64,000 nucleotides of DNA from Lepidodermella squamata (lineage: Eukaryota; Animalia; Gastrotricha), in contig JBLDXI010000033.1 of NCBI GenBank assembly GCA_047495785.1, positions 1,116,001 through 1,180,000 on the forward strand. The letters are read 5' to 3'. Shown piece after piece: positions 23,887 to 35,965 of this stretch. Within the stretch, counting starts at the first letter, position 1. Every line of letters starts with the position of its first letter. The notes below the pieces were generated by a model. That model made no database searches. It was not told the DNA's origin and was given only the letters and a program-made list of their open reading frames with translations. The position numbers and the translations under genes are program-made.

Positions 23887-25859
23887 ATGGATAGCCGAGT
23901 AGCTAATTCTCAACAAGTGCGGCAGCTTATTCTGAAATTGGAGTCCGCCGTCGGGGTTATCCACTCGAAAATTCCAAAAGATGTACGGAAAGACGAAAGT
24001 ATCTGGGACCTTCTACGACAAGTCGCTGGGCTATCAAAGCTACACAACGAACTAATCAGTGAAAATGCTGAGATTAACAGTTGCCTACCGAAAATTCTCG
24101 AAAAATGCGTAATCGGCATTGATGCAGCTATCCTACTTGAAGATGCTAAGGCGCGGCAGTTTGCCCAACTGGTTATCGATATTATATCGAATTATTCCGA
24201 CCACTGCGAGCTCTTCTCTCGAACCCTAGCTTCGGAAGCGCTAGGTCTGATCAAATGGCTGCTGGAAATTGTCAGCTCAAAATCTATTCAAATCGTCATG
24301 AAAACTAATAAGGCAGGCAAATGATTAATTATTCTTCGGCTGTTTTATTCTAAATCAAAAAAATCTCTCATTGTTAAGGATATTCATGCTATTGTAGAGG
24401 GCTGTCTGATGTCCCTGCACAACGTTACCAAGTACCCTGAAACATGGCAATCATTCAAGGCCTTTCAATCCATTTACGTGAGTTGGCAATGAGCAATTTA
24501 AATCCAATTTTCAAATTTTAATTTCAGTCCGTAAAATTTTATATGACGTACGATGACGATAAACTGCTGTGCCTTGCGATGATTTTCGCCGCCAGAATCG
24601 TCGAGGATTCCCAAAGTGTCCGGCTAGTTGAAGAGCCCGGTGTCGTGTCATCCTTTGTGAAAGCCTTGGGTTCAACATTGGAAGATACCACTGGAAAACA
24701 TTACCTACCTGGTGAACTATCCCCGGCAGAAATCGCCGATGGAATGCGGCTGTTGCTGATTACCGACGCGAATAAATCGAAATTTGTCGAGGAGGGTGTG
24801 TTGCCCCTGCTGGAGAAGATGCTTTCGTCGAACATTGTTGAAGAACAACTCGCTGCGGTTCAAAACTTGTGGACCCTTGCGTTTGGCGAGAAGGAGCGGG
24901 CGAAGATTAATGAGCAACCGAAAATCCTTACCCAACTTCAATTCATCTCCGAAAATGCTGAAAACAACTCGTTGAAGCTCCGAGCTTCTAACGCCAAGGT
25001 TTTCATCGAACACGGGTACCAAATGACGAAAACTGAGACGGAAAAGCCGGTTGAAACAGAGGGAGATGAAGCGCCGAAACCTCCGTTGATTTTCATAAGT
25101 TATTGCCAGCGACAACAGCCGATGGTTTTGCGAATTCGAGAGTCACTTCGACAGGCCAATTACGACTGCTGGATCGACACCGAAGCCATGCATGGCTCAA
25201 CCCTTCAAGCAATGGCTGATGCTATCGAGCGGTGTACAGTCGCGCTGATGTGTTATTCCGAGGACTACAAAAAGTCGAATAACTGCCGATCTGAGGCTGA
25301 ATACATTTTCCAAACGAAGAAACCGATTGTCCCGGTGAAAATGAATAAGGACTACAACCCTGATGGCTGGCTGGGAATCATCATTGGCGCTAGATTTTAC
25401 ATCGACATGTCTCTTGCCCATATTCCTTACATCGAGGCGATTCAAAAGTTGTGTGCTGAGATTACGAATCAGCTGCATATTGTGAATAAAAAACAGGCGG
25501 AAATCGATGGCACAACTGCAGTAGCTGTCCCAACTCCTCAGGCCATTGCCGCTTTGAAAAAATCGGGTGTCTTTTCATCTTGGTCGAACGATGACGTTAA
25601 GAAGTGGCTCAAAGAAATATCGCTGTATGAATTTCAACTAAATTTTAAACTTGGGTATAATTTTCATTTTTTTAGGAATTCCGAAGCTTTCGAAACTCTG
25701 GACGGAAATTTGTTGTGGACACTGTTTGAGATGAAATCAAAAGCTCCTGAATCCTACTACAACGTCGTGACCAAGTACTTGGGGCCAAAAGCCAGCGATC
25801 TGTCCAGCCTCCTGACTCATTTATCAGCTCTGGATCGACTCTGGCAAACTGTTGAGTAG
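23887..25859 (+). CDS. ARM-like repeat / TIR / SAM-like protein 2; exons 23887-24312, 24379-24477, 24528-25624, 25676-25859
   Basis: Tandem paralog with the same intron positions (99-nt exon 2); first donor inferred to be GC from homology. Confidence 0.87.
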
Positions 25860-26164
25860 AAAAAACTCCTCATTCCATTTTCAAAAGAATTTCAATAAAA
25901 TTTCAGTTTATTGCGCAAGCTACTGGTAAATTGTTAATCATGTATAACAGAAAAATGATTAATTGTCCAAATATTTTGTATATGTTAACATCATTTTTCT
26001 CCGCATTTCATATAATAATAAGACGCACGTCATCATCGGCCATGCACATCATGAAACAGTTGTATCAGCGACAAACACACGCTAAAACAAGAGCAAATAT
26101 CATGCCGAAATAGTAAGACAGCTGAGCTCATGTTAATGCATGTATAAATTGGCAGTTTTTGAAC

Positions 26165-26310
26165 GATTTTAATCAAACGCGAAAGGTCCTCCGAAAAACG
26201 TGCGCGGAAAGTCGAAAATTTGAACCGTGAGGCTCAAATGGTGTTGAGGAAGAGGGGAAATAAAATCATTCGTATAAAAGCAAACGAGGACCTTTCCGTG
26301 ATTAAAAATC
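26165..26310. repeat. ~25 bp imperfect inverted repeat pair in the putative 3' UTR of the receptor gene
   Basis: gattttaatcaaacgcgaaaggtcctc versus reverse complement of the right arm gatttttaatcacggaaaggtcctc. Confidence 0.55.
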
Positions 26311-26563
26311 AATTCGCGTAATAAAGCTGGTGGAGATTTCTGTTTCGCGCTCGGAAAATATCGGCAGTAGAATTCGTCATGAAGATGTGATTAATGTAAA
26401 CGGCTATTGGACTGATAATGGTGTATAATGTAATACGAAAATCCTTAGTTATTTACAGTGAGGAGAAAATTAAAAGAGACGAAAGACTTGTCAGAAAAAT
26501 TCATTAATTTTCCGTATTTTTCTCAAACTCGATTTCGATTTGATTTTTATTTATTCAATATTT

Positions 26564-29500
26564 CTAAAATTTCTGGTGGCCAATAGCAGCGTCGAGGCGC
26601 GTGTTGTAGACAGCTTCGTCCTGCATCTCAACGTGATTCATGTGCCCGGCAATGGAGCCGTTCGTGTTGGCTCGCACCGCCTTCGAATACATGACATTTT
26701 CATGCTGCAGTTGCTGCGACGACCGCCGGCGGGATTTTTTGTTCGACCGCCCGACCAGTTCCGCATCACCGCTGTCGTCGCCGAAATGCTGCGGGTGGTG
26801 GTGCGCATGGTGTGGGATGCCATTCGCGCTTCCGTTACCGGTCACGTTGATATATACGCCATTTGTATTCGGCGGCAAATCAGTTGCAGAGCTCACTAAT
26901 AAAAATTAAATAAATTTGAAAAATCGGAATATTATCGAAAAATTCAGCACAATCTATAGAGCTAACAAATTATTAGAAAAAGGGGAAAATTATTAGCTAC
27001 CATATCCGGGACAATATAGGAGGTCACAACACATGCACATTTTTTATAAAATTCTCGCGATTTTCCATGCGGTGACCAGTCACCGATTTTTCAGTCGCAA
27101 ACTATAGGTGCAATAATTTTCAATTTTTTCTCGAATATTTACCAGTGCATCGCGAACAAAAATTGAAATATAGCGCAGCGTGTTCCCTTTAAATTATTAC
27201 CATAACCCACAATTTGCAATGCAAGAATCATCGATATTAATTAAATGAAAAACTAAAGGTATAGGAGATAAGCAATCGAGCTGCAGTGTCTGCGTCTAAT
27301 AGCAGGCGGATCAACTTACAAATTTCGTCCGTAGAAAAGACCATTACTAGTCGAGGAAATTGATAATAGGAGTAAATCATAAAAATTCAACCGAAATAAA
27401 TAAAGGGTAAAAATAAACGAAAATTAGTAGGTAGGAAAGCTATAACCCAGTAGAGGCTAAGGATTAGTATAAATTAAAATACCTGACGATTTACGATTAG
27501 ATGGCGGGCTGTCGGTATCCGACGCATAGGAAGACTTTCTGCCCTTCCTAAAATTGAAAAAAAATCAGTTTTTTTCAAAATCACCCCGACCAAAAAACTC
27601 ACATTATAATGAATATTACGAGAGCAGTTAAGCATATTGTTAACACCACTGCTCCAACGACTAGTCCTATAAGTAGGGTCATGTCAATGCCAGGAACTAA
27701 AAATTTAAAAAAAATATTAATATATTTTTTAATTTTTTTGAAAATTATTTACGAGGTCCTTTCGTCGCCATAGCTGCTTCGGGTTCCAGCCTGAACGGGA
27801 TCAGTTCAGACGGCGGGCTATCGATTTGTTCGTTATTCCGATAGTTGATGATAGTATAATACGGCAAATTCAGCATCAACCGCGTGATGGTAACATTTGT
27901 TTCCAGCCCAGTCACTGTCAAATTGCGAATGGGATAAGCGCCTTGGGTCGATGGGTGCTTGTCGTAAATTCGAATCATATAACGCTCGACCGAATCGCAT
28001 CCTGTGTCTTTTTGAGCAATGGGCGACCACGCCAGGACAGCGGTTGAAAAATTTGTATTGGCAATTCGCGACCAATCAGCCACCCTGATGTTAATCACCT
28101 TGGCAAACGGTTCTGCGAAAAATAAAATAAAAAAATTAATAGATAAATTGATGAGAAATTTAAAACTGCCACCTTAAAATTAATCTATAGGGAAATTTTT
28201 CAAATAATTAATAAGCGGACGAAACAAGAGACGAGACCAGAGCCGGCCGAGTTGACACAAGATTTTAAAGATGTAAGCCCTCTGCCGAAGAGAATTAGTA
28301 GAACAGACAATAGAGCTCTAATTTTTGAGGAAAAAAATTCGAAAATTAGAGCTCAAATAACAACGAATATAAGGTGAAACGAGTGAAACGATCACACGGA
28401 CACACGAGAAATAAGCCCGCGCTAACTTCCACACGGTGTCTTGAAGCGAACGGAGGGCGATCGCGCCTGAAGATGCGTCGGGCCGATGCGAATCAGCGTA
28501 ACGTCATAGAAGCTATTCTGCGCCATTTCGTAAAACTGAATCGCCGAGCAGTTATCGACCTCGGGCGAGCCCTGTGTCAACGACAACAGCCACGGGCGGC
28601 ATGTCGCGTTAACACCTGGCGCTGTTACCTGAATCATTGGCAGTGGTTTAGGATGAAATGCATTTCGCGGTTTTTTTTATCTCTTTACATTAGCGTCGAG
28701 CGTCCAGCCTGTAGCTAGGCTGGTAAAAAGCAGGCGATATCCGGTGACTGTATTTTCTTCGTAGCCCGGGTCAACGCAAAACTCACCGCGGCGGTCCCAG
28801 TTAACGATCACGTGACCCGGGCTTGAAGGGTCGAGAAGGACGACAGGCGGTGTTGTCATATCGGTAATATCTAAAATCAGTGTTACAGCAGGGCCACAAC
28901 GGATGAAGGGAGAAAGCCAAAAATGAATACGAATATTAGATGAGAAATTTGAAATAATATATTTCAAGCCCATGAAAATTCAAGAGGTTCTACAATAATT
29001 GATGACCGATAGATGAAACGGGGATGAGAAAGAAGTCGTCAGACTCGAGATCGATTGAGAATTTTAAGGCCTGAAAGTAAGCAACTCACTCTCGCAGGGT
29101 GTCTTGAAAATGGTGACAGGCGACATTTTTCCGACTCCGCCTTGACCCTCACGAATCGCAGCGACCGAAATAGCATATCTAAATAAAATGAAAATTATTT
29201 AAATTAATTCATAGTTATTAATACAGTGTGTCCCAGACGTTGCGCAGCTATTTTTTAATTCGGCAATTTTTTGTTGGAAATTCAGCTAATTATATTGAAT
29301 TAAACCTAGCGAGAGAATATTCCATCATTTACGCGATTAAACCGAAGAAATAAAAAAATTACCGGAGAAAACCCGGAAAACCGCGATGGTAACTGGTTCG
29401 ATAATTTTCGGTATTTTACCCGGTTGGACTAAATTTCTCCGGATTTTTTTAATCAAATTAACAAATGACATACTTTATTAATATTCCTGGTATTTTTTTC

Positions 29501-30832
29501 AAGTATTTTTCTGACTTTTTTAGCCATTTTAGAGTTTCATTGCTTGCGTTACTTATGGGACACGCTGTAATACTAATTATTACCATGATTTTATAAAAAT
29601 AAATTACCTAGTATTTAGCTGGAGAGGGCCAATACGTTTCTGGCAAAGTTGAGCCGCAGGGCATGCAACCGCGGCTGGAATCTCGGTTTTGCCATAAATG
29701 CCCCAGTCTTCGCTTTCTTTCCGAATATAAACGTAGTAAAAATCGACCGGCCCATCGCCGATATCGCCCTCTTGGAATTTGCGCCATTTCACGGTGCGAA
29801 ATACATTAAAATCAGCCTCGGCTATTTGAGGCGGATCTGGCACGACCGGTAGCGTGAAGACGTGCGTCAGCGCCCATTCCGAGGCGCGACCTGTCTCGCC
29901 GTTCACCGAACATAAAATGTACTGACCACTTTCTTGCACATTTAAAATATCGATTGTCGCTTCAACGGCGGATGGCGTAAGAGCTGTCACCTATTTTTGT
30001 TAAATCAAATTTTTGTTGTCCATCTTTTCTAATTTTTTTTCGATTCAAACCTTAACGTCTCCTGGTATTCTCGTCCCGTTGGAAAATTCGAATCGAAAAT
30101 TAGCTGCGTTTGTCGGTGGCGGAAATCCAGACACGAGACAACGCGCAGCAGCCGTTTGACCCGGGTTCACTTCATCGATCGTAAAGTTGTAAATGTGAAG
30201 CGCGCTTTTCGGCTCTGTATTCAAATAATTAATATAGCAATAATAAACACACCATGTGATAAAGGTAAACAAACAACGCTTAATAATAATTACGCGCAGG
30301 GCTAAAAATTTTAAACGGTATAATTACACCTACGCCCTATAGCGCGCGTATAAACAATCGAAAAGCCAGCGTAAATCGATAGATTCAATTATTAAGGAGT
30401 GAAGGCCTCGATTGAACTCGCACTCACTTTTCGAGTAGAATAAATTTATGCCGTTTTGCTGCGGCGCCGGGCAGCCGTCGATTGTTTTCGGATAGCATTT
30501 GCCGTCGGCTGTCGACACTGTGAATCCGCGACACTCGTCGCCCTGCGACAAGCAATACCGGGCGCATTCTTCCAGTGTGATTCCGTCACCTCCGTTAGCG
30601 CCGCAAGCCGGGCAAAAGTAAGGCGATGGCAGCAGAAAATTTCCTGGGCAGTTGCCATGCAATGTTTCGAATATCGCCTCAGAAGTTTCGAGTTTTTCAT
30701 CTAAAAATTCAGAATAAATCAATTTTAAAAAATCCTCCTTAATTTTATGATAGAAATGAAAAACGCACCGTAATGCAGGCCATCAGCAAGAGTTGTGACG
30801 AAAAATGACGAGGCTATTAATAATATTAGCAT
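26564..30832 (-). CDS. Single-pass membrane protein: signal, PAN, Ig, 3x FN3 (Tie-like ectodomain), TM, short kinase-less tail
   Basis: Signal MLILLIASSFFVTTLA (ATG 30832); PAN exon 30700-30428; Ig CLVSGFPPP..SGQYILCSV; FN3 with GDGP and REGQGGVG; TM LLIGLVVGAVVLTICLTALVIFII (~27605-27680); stop at 26564. Confidence 0.8.
29224..29567. mobile_element. Tc1/mariner-type MITE in an intron
   Basis: TA|cagtgtgtccca ... tgggacacgctg|TA; 11/12 terminal inverted match, TA target duplication, no coding capacity. Confidence 0.7.
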
Positions 30833-32417
30833 GTCGAGTCTGAGGCGTTGATGCCGATGTGTTCTTTGAAGTTGTAGCGGCATTTCCGCCAGTCGTGGCT
30901 GCGTTAAACGTGCGAAACAGCGTAACGTTATTCGAGGCAAAGTTCAAATTCCAGGTCGTCTCACGCTCTTTATGATGAGGCTCACGAGGCAAATATTTAT
31001 CAATAAAACATCTATAAATTGCATAATAATAACGCTAATGACAACGCCTATTTACAGGTACCACTGTGGCCTCGCCGGTCGGTTTTAATACCTAGTAATA
31101 AAATGAGACATTAGTCATACGAAGTAATTCAAGCGAATGGGAGTTGATTTACAATTCAAGGCACAAGGTCAAAGCTGTTATTAGCGAAAAAAAGGCCTAG
31201 TAATAAGGCGGTGACAATCCATGCGTGGATTTTCTGGGCCACAAGCTGGAAAAGAGCGGCTCGAGTTAACAATCACAACAAACAATGGTAATATAGCGGT
31301 GAAAAGACGCAGGTAAGTGGAAGAAAAAGTTCGTAAAAACACTACAAAACTATTACATCATAAACGGCAAAATAATGACTGAACATGTCTTGTATTGTGC
31401 TCAATTTTATTGTCGCAATATTTTGACGCGTACCGGTTTCTTCGTCTTCTGAAGAAGAAGAAGCGCGCAGCCGCCGAGAGGCTAAACGCGAGCGAGCGAG
31501 CGCGCGCGCAAGCCAAAAGGTGAGAAACGCGCTAATGAAAAATAATGCGAAAATATCTAACAAGCTACACGCGAAAATTCGAGACATAGCCGCCGCGTCC
31601 GTTTTTCAATGGCGAGTGGAGAGAGAGAAAGCGGAGTTGTAAGAAGACGGCCGGCGAATAAATTTTGTATGTCGTACATCTACAACAAGGCCGGCTTTAC
31701 GGCCAGATTACATGCTATAAGCTAGTGATAAATAATTAAAACAAAAATTGCAAAAATGCGATTTTCATCGGTCAGGTGTACTTCATACGAAACACATCGT
31801 TATAACACTGCGAGGAGAAAAACTTAATGACATCGTTATCGGCTGCTTTTCAGCCCATACACACACACACACAGTGACCTGACCCAATTTAAATTGGATC
31901 GCATGCGAAGGCAAAATTTTTGTTTCGCACTTGCAAGGAAAAAATAACGTAATCCACCTAAATGAGAAATTAAAACTGTGAATTGAAGAGATCAAAATGG
32001 CAGCGTAAGTTGTAGCGCGGATTTTATCACTTTACCGTGAAAAGATTTGTCAGACGTGAGACAAGCATCAGCAGGGGGCCAAATGGATGGATAATAAGGA
32101 GGATGCTGTCTGAGAGCGAGACAAGACGACGCCGATGCTTAGCAAGAGATCGTTGTTGTTGTTTTCGTTGTTACTGCTACTACTACTTGTACTACTACAC
32201 GGGCTGGTTTTACTTACGATGAGTTGGTTGCGGATCGCAACAAGCGGCAGTGATAACGGTGGACCGAATCATCGCCAAACGGCGTGACTCAAACACATAT
32301 CGCTGCGGCCATTGTTGCTGGAGCTTCATGGTCACGAACTCTCTTTCGGCTCGCGTTAAATTACATTGTTTTTGGTGGTGGCTTTACCTACGTGTGTTTA
32401 TGCGGCCGTTTAATGCC

Positions 32418-32441
32418 TATTATTATTATTATTATTATTAT
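32418..32441. repeat. (TAT)8 microsatellite
   Basis: Direct reading of the sequence. Confidence 0.9.
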
Positions 32442-35400
32442 TGCTATACAAGAGTGTTCTTGGCTCGCCGGCCGTGTGATGCTGAACAACGTTTCGTTTA
32501 CAAACACATGGGCACATAAGCGAGGCGCCTATAATATTAATAGTTGCGTATACCTTGCCTACCTACCTGCTTGGTGAGTAGTATTATAGCCGTTGTCACT
32601 CACGACAACGAAGGACGAGGCGGGTATGGCGACGACGACGACAACGACGACTACAGAACGTGTGTACACATATCTCTCACGCTACACGGCCAAGAAATAA
32701 GCAGGGAGGGAGCTTTGTTTGCTGTATTTAGGCTGGCGAACGAACGCACGAAACGCGACATGGGAAGACGAGTGGCGATTTACTATACAATAAAGCCGGT
32801 GATATATATAATGAAATTCGGGCGTGGTATAAGAAGGGACGCGGAAGACAACAACTGTTTACAAACCGGGCGAGCATCACTACCGGCTCGGTCGTAATAC
32901 AATATATTATCATACCTGTTTTATGAATATAACGGGTTATAGCAACTGTCTGTTTGGTCGTTCGGTACCGGGCGAGTCGTGCCTCAAGCGCACGAGTTTT
33001 TGTTTACTATTGACCCCGCGGTGTTATTGATCCCACCGGTATGCATAATCACGATTAGAATGCGGGCAAATATTGGACCCGCAAATATCCACTATCCTTA
33101 AATCGCGCTCAATCGAATTCGACAAAAATGTTGTAACTATATTCGCGAAAAATAACTAAGAGACAAAATGCGAAAATAAATTAGAACGAATAACAGGTGA
33201 TAAAGGAGACTCCTAGCCATAAAGGATGATTACGCCAACGAGTGATTTTCTCACGATTTCGGCACCAAACTTTGCGTGAAAAACAAGCGATGATCCGCAC
33301 TGGGAAACACGGACTCGCATTAATAATTGTTTGTTGTTTTTCTTGCCTCGCGATTTGGAATTAATTTCTGCGAAAAAGTGTTTTCCTATGGGGCGCAAAA
33401 GATTCAAATTGCAGGGTTAACGGCTGATCAACAAATAATTAGCCGCGCTGCTGTAAGAGGTAATAATAATGAAACGAATGAGAATGCGCTGCACCTGCGC
33501 GCGCGATGAAAATCGGGAAACACGCGTGTGTGAATGCGGCATGGGCGGATTTGGCGTGGCTCAACCGCCGCGCCAACAGCAGCAAATCGACTATACAGAT
33601 AGGCTATACCTGTGAGCACGTCGCCGCACAAGTTGTTCTTTGACAATTGCGTGTGGTGAACGACGGACGCGGCGTCACTCAAAAACTGGCGCGCGCGCAC
33701 TCGTCAATTACCAGCGCAAACATGGCAAAAAGTTCGCTGGCTACAATCATGTCCCACCCTTTCAATGTATACTATGCGTGATTTTGCGATGAAAATGCTA
33801 CGGCTCTAATTCACGTAATAATATTTCCCCGGCGCTTCGGCGGTTCGTGTTTGATTGTTACACAAAAGCATCTATAAATAATAAAGAGATATATATACCT
33901 AAAACAAGAGAAACAGTTTCGAGCGTTTACCCGCCGTATTGTTGACCAATAGACAAGAAAAAGGAATCTGGTCAAACGCGCCCGCTAAGAGCTGTTTTCC
34001 CGATGGGGGGCCGCACACTATCGTCTTAAGAATGTCATTTTTGCGAGTGGAAACAATAATAACAACAATAACAAGAAGCCGGTCATCCCCGCAGGTAACT
34101 GATATAGGTATTGTCTCGCGCAAATTTTAGAGCGTGACGCAATTGAAAAGTGCAATCTAAACAGTATGGCGAGTCGTTGGGCAAACAAGTGATGACTTGG
34201 CCGCGCCGGTTCCGCCTTTTTCTCATTCTTTGCGGCGATGAGCCGCAGTCATGTCACTGTGTCATTTCTCGTCTCTGGTATAATGATAGACACGCGCTGA
34301 CTCGAAAACAAGATTGTTTTTTCCTCCCGCCACTAGGCCGGGCTACAAAACAAGCAGCGCTATTCACGTTTCCTGAGCGCTCAGGGGTAATAAAACAGAC
34401 ACAATGACATTGTTCATTCCTGACTTCATGTCGCTCCAGAATGTTTCATCTTGATCTACCTCTGAATCACGAAAAGCACACAAAAATGGCTAGAAGTTGT
34501 ATTTCGCAAACCTAGGCGACGAAGCGAAAGGTAACCTCGAGTGAAATTCTTATATCGAGATAGGCTTACTGAGGTGATGATAGAAATGAACTGCGGAAAA
34601 ATCCGAAACATCAAGTTCTCGTGATCATTTTTGATGCAGTTTTTTTTTAATAAAATTACCCTGTAAATAAGAAAAAGAGAAGATCAAAGTGAGCTACTGC
34701 AGTACTTACTGTCCTTGATAAAATATCACCTGACAAGCGCAGGAGGTGTGAAATGTCCGCTTGACTGAATCCTCTTGTACTTGCTCAGGTAGAAAAACGG
34801 CCCGATCTCTTGTTAGGTTCTCAGTACAAGTAAATTTTTCGTGCGACATTACCGTATGGGAAGGTAATGTTAGAAAAAAACCCATGTTTTTCGAGGATTT
34901 AAAATGAGTCCTAATTCAGAAATGGATGATTTCTAGAACGAAGGTGTGCAAGGTGAGCTCCGATTGATTGGTAAAATTTGGCGATTTCATGATTTTTACT
35001 TGATTTTTGGCGAACGAAAACATTATTGACTGAAGTTGGACAATTAGCGGGCTATTCTGGACACGCTCATTTGCATGCGGAATGGCATTGTGTATTTTCA
35101 GTATTTTCTGAACTTTGAGTCAAATTTGGAAAAAAATCGCGAACAGATGGCGTTCAGGAGAAATTGAGAAAATTACATTTTTGCGCAGCCGCATTTATTA
35201 ACTGCTTAAAATGTAAAATTATAGCCGATGTTCACCTGAACTGCAGGTGAGTGCCCTGCAAAAACCAATTGTTGGATCTTCATTTTTCTTTCGATAATTG
35301 ACAAGCAACGTTCTTAGGATACCCATGCAAATTTTCGTCTCAAAATGATTGTTATTTTGGGAGATGAGAATTGACATTTGAGTTGCCTTGCTTATAACAT

Positions 35401-35965
35401 TTCTTAAAAATCAAGTATAGCTCCAATCACCTTGGAACTTGCGCCGTTCGAAAGCTCAACAAACGGGGAATTTTATGCAACAATTCCTTTATTTTATCGT
35501 ACGGCGTTACAAAGCTATAGAGCTGAAAAGCTGAAGTGTCCAAATTTATCCGGCGCTGGTACGGTAAGCAGAAAAAAGTCTGGGTCAAAAAATCTTCACT
35601 TTTTATTACAAAAACTTTCCATCTTCAACAAATTCGAAATCGACAAATAATACAATGAAATATGGTTGTGATTGTCGATAAGGCAGCAGAGATAAGGCAT
35701 CAGGTTGAGGCATCAGCATGAAACGCGCAAGAAAGTAAAATTGTACAACAAAAACGGCCGCAATATAATTTTTATACACAGCAATAAACAAAATCTTCGC
35801 GCGCTTTTTAAGCCAATAGACACCGCATTTTTTATGATTTTCATCGTCGCAATAATAAATAACGAGTATGAGTGAAATTCACATTTTTTAGATTTTTTCT
35901 ATATAATATAAAAAATTCAGACTGGGTTTCGGTATTTGATGAGAATAATAGATATGCAGGTATTT

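Noticed and set aside
28422-28973. Two adjacent FN3-like exons as mutually exclusive exons
   Set aside because: They encode the N- and C-terminal halves of a single FN3 domain
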